NCBI GenBank assembly: GCA_963692945.1 | Contig: OY843585.1 | Span: 1,170,001 to 1,202,000 of the forward strand | Origin: Bdellovibrionales bacterium | GTDB lineage: Bacteria > Bdellovibrionota > Bdellovibrionia > Bdellovibrionales > UBA1609 | Length of the DNA: 32,000 bases | Direction of reading: 5' to 3' | Shown: positions 25,261 through 32,000 of the stretch, piece after piece | Layout of the letters: every line of letters begins with the position of its first letter | Numbering within the stretch: position 1 is the first letter of the stretch | The notes under the pieces: generated by a model | Told to the model about the DNA's origin: nothing | Seen by the model: only the letters and a program-made list of their open reading frames with translations | Database searches by the model: none | Position numbers and translations under genes: made by a program

Positions 25261-26472
25261 TTATTTTTTATAGGGAAAAGGCCTAATCTCTGATAAATGA
25301 GTTCTTTGACTAAGAGATAAAAACAAACGATCTAAACCGACAGCAATTCCAGAGCAAGGTGGCATTCCTTGAGACATACATTCCAACAAATCCTCATCAT
25401 AGGAAACAGCATCCTTTCTGTTTTTTAAATGCTGTTGAAATATTTTTTTTTGCTCCTCTTTATCTATCACTTCATAAAAAGCATTAGCCAACTCAAACCC
25501 TCTCAAATAAAGTTCAAAACGATCAGCCCAACCTCTAGAATTCAACCGAGCATAAGCTCTCAAAGAGGGAGGATAATCTCGGATAACAGTTGCTTGATTA
25601 AACTCTAATTCTTTTTCAATGCAATTTAAAAAAAGCAGATGAAACAAATCTTCCCAAGTGTCATTCTTTAAAAAAATCAAATCCTTCTTTTGAGCTAAAG
25701 ATAGCAACTCTTCCCTTGTTGTTTCTGGAGTTAAAGAGAAATCTAAAAATTTTAAAAATAAATCTTTGACACTATACTCTTTAAAGGTGAATGGATTTCC
25801 TTTAAAAAAAGATTGCTGACTTAAAAAAGTAAAAAAATCAAAAACATCTTGAATCAAATCCTCTAAGGAGAAAAAAGAACGATACCACTCCAACATAAAA
25901 AACTCAGGCTCATGAATAGAACTCAACTCTCCATTCCTAAAACACTTTTTAATTTCAAAAAAATCTGTCCAATCTTGACATAAAAGTTTTTTTAAATGCA
26001 TTTCAGGACTTGTAGGTAAAAAAAGTTTTTCTTTTTTACCATCTAATTTTATCTCTGTTTCAAAAGGTATAAGATGAGGTTCCGTTCCAGGACATTTCAC
26101 AAGAGAAGGAGTCTCTACACAAGCTAAACCTTTGGATTTAAAAAAAGAACGAACCAGATCTAAAAAGTCAGACCAATCCTTAGCCACAGATACATAGCTC
26201 TCATTCTTTTTGAAAGTTTTTTTACAAACAGAAAGAATTTTGCAATCCACTACAACAGCTTCTCCTTTTTTAAACGGATTGATTTTTACAGCCACCCAAT
26301 CTCCTGAATGGGCTTTAATATCTAATTGGGTATGGCAAAGAAGAGATAGACCTTGAGACCTTAATTCAAAACGACTTGTTGATAGAGGGTAAAAACGCCC
26401 TCCCAACCAACAAGGGAAACTTTTATCCTCTTGATGAAAAAACCGAGTTAAAGAAAAAAAAGAATCTGTCAT
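25261..26472 (-). CDS. epmA: EF-P lysine aminoacylase EpmA (GenX/PoxA)-like class II aaRS paralogue with ~90-aa N-terminal extension
   Basis: Motif 2 FRNGELSSIHEPEFFMLEWY; motif 3 GIAVGLDRLFLSL. The TAATG overlap with the upstream lipoprotein gene suggests translational coupling. Confidence 0.7.
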   Translation of the reverse strand: MTDSFFSLTRFFHQEDKSFPCWLGGRFYPLSTSRFELRSQGLSLLCHTQLDIKAHSGDWVAVKINPFKKGEAVVVDCKILSVCKKTFKKNESYVSVAKDWSDFLDLVRSFFKSKGLACVETPSLVKCPGTEPHLIPFETEIKLDGKKEKLFLPTSPEMHLKKLLCQDWTDFFEIKKCFRNGELSSIHEPEFFMLEWYRSFFSLEDLIQDVFDFFTFLSQQSFFKGNPFTFKEYSVKDLFLKFLDFSLTPETTREELLSLAQKKDLIFLKNDTWEDLFHLLFLNCIEKELEFNQATVIRDYPPSLRAYARLNSRGWADRFELYLRGFELANAFYEVIDKEEQKKIFQQHLKNRKDAVSYDEDLLECMSQGMPPCSGIAVGLDRLFLSLSQRTHLSEIRPFPYKK

Positions 26473-27161
26473 TAAAAATCAGAACTACATAAACTCTGAG
26501 AAAATTGATAATAAGAACTTGGCTCTATTTGAAAACTATTTTTTAAATCAAAAAAAGGATGGTAAACCCCTAAATCATCTCCCTTGTCTTGTTTAAAATG
26601 ACTAGGGTTCGATAAAAAAGGAGGAATTAAAAACTTTGTAAGTCTTGCTGGATTAGACTTACCATCCTTTCTAAGATAAGTAACCAACTGAACCATATCC
26701 CAATCTTGTGTAACATCACATATTCTAAAATAATGCTCCTGAAAAAAATTTTTTGTAGAAGATTTTATATCTTTTTCAACCAAAAAAGAATCTATTATAG
26801 ATGACTGAACCAATGGAATGGAGTCCTCTCCATTTTCATAAACAGTAAAAGATAAAGACTTCCCATATTTAGAAACACCATCCTTAAGAGACAAAGGATA
26901 GGCTTGTAAAAAAAATTGTTCTGTATTAAAAAAACTATCAGGATATTTTAGAATTTTCAGATCTATACAATCTTTTTTATTTTCAACCAATTTCACCTTA
27001 CCATGAAAAGTATTATCACTAAAGGTATTGCATTTTAAAAATCGCCCCTCTATAGGCACCGTTGAAGCATAAACAGATGCAAAATCCTCCTCTGTTTTTT
27101 GCACTTTCTCAGCACAAGATAAAAACAAAAGAGATAATAAACTTATTAGACAGAGTCTCAT
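26472..27161 (-). CDS. Lipoprotein, function unknown
   Basis: Signal peptide with lipobox MRLCLISLLSLLFLSC. Confidence 0.65.
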   Translation of the reverse strand: MRLCLISLLSLLFLSCAEKVQKTEEDFASVYASTVPIEGRFLKCNTFSDNTFHGKVKLVENKKDCIDLKILKYPDSFFNTEQFFLQAYPLSLKDGVSKYGKSLSFTVYENGEDSIPLVQSSIIDSFLVEKDIKSSTKNFFQEHYFRICDVTQDWDMVQLVTYLRKDGKSNPARLTKFLIPPFLSNPSHFKQDKGDDLGVYHPFFDLKNSFQIEPSSYYQFSQSLCSSDF

Positions 27162-27317
27162 ACTTACTTTTCGGCAAAAAAGATTGAAAAACTTACACTT
27201 TTTTACCTTAAAAGCTCTTATTTCTCATCTTTTCTTGAAACTGCAAGAAAAAATATTGAAATTTTTCTAAAAAACTTGTACATATTCATTCAATTATTCA
27301 ATTAAAGAGGTGTTCTT

Positions 27318-28262
27318 ATGAAATCTAAATTATTTTTATTTATTTTATTATCTGTTTTTAGCTTTAAGTCTCTAGCTGATGTGGCCACTGCCGCTGCTTT
27401 TGCAGCAACAGCTGCTGCAGTTGCTGCAACAGTTGCTGTAGGATCAGCAGCTACACTTGCTTCATTCCCTATTATAGACAAGTTAGACGAACGAAAAGAA
27501 CTAAGAAATGAATTGTATAATTTACACCCTATTATTAAAGCCCTCATTCGGAATGATGTAGTTTTTGTAATGGAAAATATAAATAGAAACAATGTCAACG
27601 ATAAAATTTATGGGGAATTTTCTTTGATTCATATAGTCAGCCTACTAGGTGATAGCCTAATAGGTAATACAACATATATGGATCATATTTTAAGATTAGG
27701 AGCAGACCCGAACCAACGAGTTACACTAAGTACACGAAGTTTATTAATAGAATATTCATTCACCCCTATTGATCTCTTAAAATATAACCTTGCAGTCATT
27801 GCTCCTTTTCCTAAATATATTGGGAGCAAAAATCGGCGTAAAAAACTTCAAAAACAAACAGATAAGATGATAGAAATTTTAGAAAAAGCTGGAGGAATTC
27901 ATACACAAGAGATTGAAAAACTTCTAGAGATGCCAAAAGTAAACCATAAATTATTTAAAACATTGGGTGGCCTTCTAATGCATGATGTTTCTTACCTAAC
28001 AAAAAAAGAAAACTATGAGAGACTTGTCATCTTCAGTCAAAGTTTACCTGCCAGAGACAAATTATTTCTAAACTCTCATCTTGGGGATAAACCCTCTTTT
28101 AACTCTGATTTATATAAAGCCTCTCCTTCTAAATTCAAATCCAAGGAAAAGTATGCAACGAAGGTGCTTGATAATGAGGATAGAAAGCAAAAAAAGCAAG
28201 AACAGAAAAACAACTCCAGAGTTAACTGCAAAAACACTTTTAGTCAATTAAGAGAAGCATAA
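27318..28262 (+). CDS. Secreted ankyrin-like repeat protein, tandem paralogue A
   Basis: Signal peptide MKSKLFLFILLSVFSFKSLA, then an Ala/Thr/Val-rich segment. The ANK-like element is GEFSLIHIVSLL...ILRLGADPNQRV. Confidence 0.65.
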   Translation: MKSKLFLFILLSVFSFKSLADVATAAAFAATAAAVAATVAVGSAATLASFPIIDKLDERKELRNELYNLHPIIKALIRNDVVFVMENINRNNVNDKIYGEFSLIHIVSLLGDSLIGNTTYMDHILRLGADPNQRVTLSTRSLLIEYSFTPIDLLKYNLAVIAPFPKYIGSKNRRKKLQKQTDKMIEILEKAGGIHTQEIEKLLEMPKVNHKLFKTLGGLLMHDVSYLTKKENYERLVIFSQSLPARDKLFLNSHLGDKPSFNSDLYKASPSKFKSKEKYATKVLDNEDRKQKKQEQKNNSRVNCKNTFSQLREA

Positions 28263-28293
28263 AAAACTCTAGTTCATTCCCATGGGTGTTCTT

Positions 28294-29181
28294 ATGAGAT
28301 CTAAATTATTTTTATTTATTTTATTATCTGTTTTTAGCTTTAAGTCTCTAGCTGATGTGGCCACTGCTATTATGGCAACAGCTGCTGTAGGAGCGACAGC
28401 TACACTTGCTTCAATCCCTATTATAGACAAGTTAGACGAACGAAAAGAACTAAGAAATGAATTGTATAATTTAAACCCTATTGTTAAAGCCATCATTCGG
28501 AATGATTTAAAATTTTTACTAAACAATATAAATAAAAACAATGTCAACGATAAAATTTATGGGGAATTCTCTTTGATTCATATGGTCAGCCTAATAAGTA
28601 ATAATACATCACTGATGGATTGGGTTTTAAGTTTAGGAGCAGACCCGAACCAAAGAGTTACACTAGGTTCATTAACACAATATTCATTCACCCCTATTGA
28701 TCTCTTAAAATATAACTTTGCAGTCATTGCTCCTTTTCCTGCATTCTATATCGGCAACAAAGATTGGCGTCAATTACTTCAAAGAGAAACAAGTAATATG
28801 TTACATTCTTTAGAAAAATTTGGAGGAACTCATACAAAAGAGATTGAAAAACTTCTAAAGATGCCAGAAGTAAAACATAAATTAATTAGAGCATCTGAAC
28901 TGATAATACTAACACGGATACATGATGCTTCTTACCTAACAAAAGCAAAAAACTATGAGAAACTTGTACGCTTCAGTCAAAATTTATTTGACAGAGACAA
29001 ATTATTTTTAAATTTTCATACTGGGTATAAAGAATCTGCTTTATATCAAGCTTCTGCTTCTAAATTCAAATCCAAGGAAAAGTATGCAAAGAAGGTGCTT
29101 GATAATGAGTATGAAGAACAAAAAAAGCAAGAACAGAAAAACAACTCCAGAGTTAACTGCAAAAACACTTTTAGTCGTTAA
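28294..29181 (+). CDS. Secreted ankyrin-like repeat protein, tandem paralogue B
   Basis: Collinear with paralogue A, including the identical signal peptide and C-terminal tail KFKSKEKYA.KVLDNE...QKKQEQKNNSRVNCKNTFS. The start is taken at the Met aligned with paralogue A (the track ORF begins at 28282). Confidence 0.65.
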   Translation: MRSKLFLFILLSVFSFKSLADVATAIMATAAVGATATLASIPIIDKLDERKELRNELYNLNPIVKAIIRNDLKFLLNNINKNNVNDKIYGEFSLIHMVSLISNNTSLMDWVLSLGADPNQRVTLGSLTQYSFTPIDLLKYNFAVIAPFPAFYIGNKDWRQLLQRETSNMLHSLEKFGGTHTKEIEKLLKMPEVKHKLIRASELIILTRIHDASYLTKAKNYEKLVRFSQNLFDRDKLFLNFHTGYKESALYQASASKFKSKEKYAKKVLDNEYEEQKKQEQKNNSRVNCKNTFSR

Positions 29182-29190
29182 GAGAAATAT

Positions 29191-29358
29191 ACAAAACTCT
29201 AGTTCAAAAAAGTATTTCCTACTCTTATTTTAACGAGCTTTTCATCGTAAAAGGGGACACTCTTCAAATCTCGTTAAAATAAGAGTTACTTAATAGGCTT
29301 ATGTTTGAACTAGAAAAAACCTGCTGGTTTTCGCACAAGGGAAGAACGAGAGTTTTGT
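29191..29358. mobile_element. MITE-like mosaic element (168 bp) with 13-nt terminal inverted repeats
   Basis: ACAAAACTCTAGT (29191-29203) pairs with ACGAGAGTTTTGT (29346-29358), 12/13 complementary. An internal perfect 17-bp stem pairs 29221-29237 with 29270-29286. One reverse-oriented 25-nt palindromic motif lies at 29311-29335. Confidence 0.6.
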
Positions 29359-29427
29359 AAAAGAAGTCCCTTTAGTCCAGCCTTTTAAGCGAAAACATCA
29401 ATAAACTTTGCTATTTTTAAGAAAAAT

Positions 29428-29457
29428 TTGACAATGATTTTTTAAGCCGTCTAGAAT
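29428..29457 (+). promoter_or_regulatory. Sigma-70-like promoter, possibly giving a leaderless mRNA
   Basis: TTGACA (29428-29433), an 18-nt spacer, TAGAAT (29452-29457), then only 6 nt to ATG 29464. There is no SD. Confidence 0.35.
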
Positions 29458-29463
29458 TAGGAC

Positions 29464-30141
29464 ATGCGTTTTTTATTCATTCTCTTTTTACCTCTCTTCT
29501 TAATTTCTTGTAATATTGAACCAGACCATTCTCGTGAAAGACGACGAGATATAGATATAAAACAAAGAGAGCGAGTTCCAAGACCAAACAAGCCGGAAAA
29601 TTTAGAAATAGATCTTTCCATTATAGAAGGTGAGAATCAAAATGCAAACAATGAACAAGGTGCGAATCAAAACGCAAACAATGAACAAGGTAACACTCAA
29701 GATGCAAACAATGAACAAAGCAATCCACTAGGTCATTTTATATTACCTATAAGATTAGTAGATGTAGATACTAATATCGTACTTCATTCTAATGAAGAAA
29801 GAACACATATTACTATAAAGACAGCACCGGAAAACAAAGTTTTTAAATTGATTGCAGGTCTTAAAGGTGTCGTCTCTATGGACAAGCAAGTTTTATCTAT
29901 TGTTTCAAAAGGTGTAGCACTCCAGTTGGAGTTAAATTTAAAATCCTCTAAACTTTTGGTTAAAGCCTCGCAGGAAGTTACAAAAGAACAAATTTTAGGA
30001 GAAACTACAAAACCAATTGTTGTTTCTATAAAAAAAGACGAAGAGTTTATTCCTATTTGTTTAAAAATCTCTGATAAAACACAGGGTAAGGTGAAAATCA
30101 CTCACACAAAAGATCTTTCTGAAAACGACCCTTGTAATTAA
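29464..30141 (+). CDS. Lipoprotein with internal decapeptide repeats
   Basis: Lipobox LFLISC, followed by three 10-aa repeats G(E/A/N)(N/T)Q(N/D)ANNEQ. Confidence 0.65.
   Translation: MRFLFILFLPLFLISCNIEPDHSRERRRDIDIKQRERVPRPNKPENLEIDLSIIEGENQNANNEQGANQNANNEQGNTQDANNEQSNPLGHFILPIRLVDVDTNIVLHSNEERTHITIKTAPENKVFKLIAGLKGVVSMDKQVLSIVSKGVALQLELNLKSSKLLVKASQEVTKEQILGETTKPIVVSIKKDEEFIPICLKISDKTQGKVKITHTKDLSENDPCN
29629..29718 (+). repeat. 3 x 30-bp in-frame tandem repeat
   Basis: GGTGAGAATCAAAATGCAAACAATGAACAA / GGTGCGAATCAAAACGCAAACAATGAACAA / GGTAACACTCAAGATGCAAACAATGAACAA. Confidence 0.95.
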
Positions 30142-30144
30142 TTT

Positions 30145-30349
30145 ACAAAACTCTAGTTCAAAAAAGTATTTTCTACTCTTATTCTAACGAGCTTTGAAGA
30201 TCTTACCCATAAGCGAAAAACAGTAGTTTCACCTATGCAAAAACCAGCAGGTTTTCTCTATGAATATCCCTTCTTGTTTTCTGAACTTGAAGAGTGTCCC
30301 TCTTACGATGAAAGGTCAGAAAACAAGGAGGATAACACTAGGATTTTGT
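30145..30349. mobile_element. MITE-like mosaic element (205 bp) filling the convergent gap between the lipoprotein gene and pyrG
   Basis: ACAAAACTCTAGT (30145-30157) pairs with ACTAGGATTTTGT (30337-30349). Two palindromic motifs lie at 30213-30237 and 30236-30262. A hairpin at 30266-30333 is near-identical to the one at 23252-23320. Confidence 0.6.
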
Positions 30350-30350
30350 T

Positions 30351-31961
30351 TTAAGGATTCTTAATACAAGATTTGATAAAACTCATAAACAAAGGATGAG
30401 GATCAGTAGGTTTTGATTGAAACTCTGGATGATATTGAACCCCAACAAACCAAGGATGAGAGGGCAGCTCTAAAACTTCAATCAGATTTCCCGTCCCCTT
30501 ACATCTTCCCGATAATTTCATACCATTTTTTTCAAAAATTTGAGAAAAACTAGGATTAAATTCATAACGATGACGATGCCTTTCTTCTATAAAATCTTTC
30601 TTATAAATTTTTTTCACCTTAGAATTTGTATCTAATACACAAGGGTAAGAACCTAATCTCATACTTCCACCTTTATATTTAACATTTTTTTGATTGGGCA
30701 TAACATCCACAACACAATATTCAGATTTTTTGTCACCTATAAACTCTCTACTCGTTGCATTTTTAATCCCACAAACATTACGAGCAAACTCTATTGCCGC
30801 CATTTGCATACCTAAACATATCCCAAAAAAAGGAATAGACTTTTCACGAGAGTATTGAATGGCTTTTAATTTTCCATCAATACCACGATCTCCAAAACCT
30901 CCAGGAACTAAAATACCATCTAAATCTTTAAACTCAGATAAACCATTTAGTTTTTCAGAGTTAACATATTTTATACGAATCTTAGCTTGATTGGCTAACC
31001 CTCCATGAATAAGAGCTTCATGTATAGATTGATAACTATCTCTTAAATGAACATATTTACCTACCAAACCAACAGTGATTTCTGTTTTTGGATTTTTAAT
31101 TTTAGTCACAACAGATTTCCATTTAGAAAGATTAGCCTTAGAAGTTTTTAAGGCTAATTTCTTAATCACTTTCTCATCTAATTTTTCTTTACTGAGTAAC
31201 AAAGGAATTTCATAAATGGTTTGAGCATCTTGAACTGTAACAATATCATTATGACTTAAATTAGAAAAAAGAGCTATTTTTGATTTTAACTCCTGATCAA
31301 TAGGATGAGAACAACGACAAATCAAAAAATCAGGTTGCAATCCCACCTCCCTTAAAGCTTTAACAGAGTGTTGGGTTGGTTTGCTTTTCAATTCACCTAC
31401 GGAAGGAATATAAGGAACAAAAGTCACATGAGCAAAAACGGTGTGTTCCATACCAAACTCTATACGCAACTGACGAATGGCTTCAATAAAAGGAAGACCT
31501 TCAATATCTCCAACAGTTCCACCTATTTCTACAACTGTAATATCAGAACCTTGAGAAACTTTAAAAAGACGCTGTTTTATTTCATCTGTAATATGAGGAA
31601 TCACTTGAACCGTCCGACCTAAGTAATCTCCCTTTCTCTCTCTTTCTATAACCTTCTGATAAACCTGACCTGTTGTAATACTATGATTTTTTGTTAAAAC
31701 CAAATTGGTGAATCTTTCATAGTGACCTAAATCAAGATCAGTTTCAGCTCCATCTTGAGTGACATAAACCTCTCCATGCTGAAAAGGAGATAGAGTTCCA
31801 GGGTCCACATTGATATAAGGATCACACTTAACAACACTGACTTTATAACCACGAGATTCTAAAAGAGTTGCTAAGCTGGCCGAAACCAAACCTTTTCCTA
31901 CAGAAGAAACAACTCCTCCTGTCACAAAAACAAATTTACTATTTTTTAACTTTGAATTCAA
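30351..31961 (-). CDS. pyrG: CTP synthase
   Basis: FVFVTGGVVSSVGKG N-terminus; glutaminase domain GICLGMQ and HRHRYEFN. Confidence 0.95.
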   Translation of the reverse strand: MNSKLKNSKFVFVTGGVVSSVGKGLVSASLATLLESRGYKVSVVKCDPYINVDPGTLSPFQHGEVYVTQDGAETDLDLGHYERFTNLVLTKNHSITTGQVYQKVIERERKGDYLGRTVQVIPHITDEIKQRLFKVSQGSDITVVEIGGTVGDIEGLPFIEAIRQLRIEFGMEHTVFAHVTFVPYIPSVGELKSKPTQHSVKALREVGLQPDFLICRCSHPIDQELKSKIALFSNLSHNDIVTVQDAQTIYEIPLLLSKEKLDEKVIKKLALKTSKANLSKWKSVVTKIKNPKTEITVGLVGKYVHLRDSYQSIHEALIHGGLANQAKIRIKYVNSEKLNGLSEFKDLDGILVPGGFGDRGIDGKLKAIQYSREKSIPFFGICLGMQMAAIEFARNVCGIKNATSREFIGDKKSEYCVVDVMPNQKNVKYKGGSMRLGSYPCVLDTNSKVKKIYKKDFIEERHRHRYEFNPSFSQIFEKNGMKLSGRCKGTGNLIEVLELPSHPWFVGVQYHPEFQSKPTDPHPLFMSFIKSCIKNP

Positions 31962-32000
31962 AACGGTTATCCCTTAACACTGATTCTTTTTAACTAGAAT

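Noticed and set aside
27302-27598. 98-aa minus-strand ORF (and its twin at 28269-28547) antisense to the ankyrin-like paralogues
   Set aside because: These are shadow ORFs opened by the GC-rich Ala-codon tract on the opposite strand. They have no SD, and their conservation is explained by the sense genes.

Overview
Very AT-rich bacterial chromosomal segment (standard code; TGA is used as a stop). It has two halves that differ in composition and function.

(1) nt 1 to ~15.8 kb is an accessory conflict/defence island, visibly more AT-rich by eye than the rest. It holds these independent modules:
- a 5'-truncated AAA_13 (PrrC/RloC-like) ATPase plus two unknown small ORFs
- a C5 cytosine methyltransferase co-oriented with a MORC-like GHKL ATPase, with no recognisable nuclease
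- a divergently transcribed DprA/Smf-like gene
- a stand-alone OLD-family ATPase-Toprim nuclease
- a TcmP + Gp37/Gp68 (DUF5131) pair
- a collapsed RelE/HigB-like killer remnant with an intact HTH antidote
- an XRE-ImmA/IrrE metallopeptidase + DUF4411 PIN-like pair lying between two near-identical 143-bp direct repeats
- an orphan Panacea (DUF4065) gene without a canonical start codon
- a long ParA-like ATPase with a small 2-TM protein

No integrase, transposase, tRNA, rRNA or CRISPR array is visible.

(2) nt ~15.98-32 kb is mostly housekeeping: FHA-GGDEF cyclase, PGI-like SIS protein, coiled-coil protein, gdhA-pyrD-mutT, HU/IHF, DUF2779, epmA-like and pyrG. Interspersed are lineage-specific secreted repeat proteins (HEAT-like, two tandem ankyrin-like paralogues, lipoproteins) and a family of mosaic, hairpin-rich MITE-like intergenic elements.

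Best follow-up candidates:
- the methyltransferase-GHKL(-DprA) module
- the TcmP/DUF5131 pair
- the repeat-bracketed ImmA-PIN cassette
- the ParA-like/2-TM pair
- the mosaic repeat family, whose conserved ~30-nt core sits in the loop of two unrelated perfect stems

All family assignments come from motif recognition by eye. No database search was possible.
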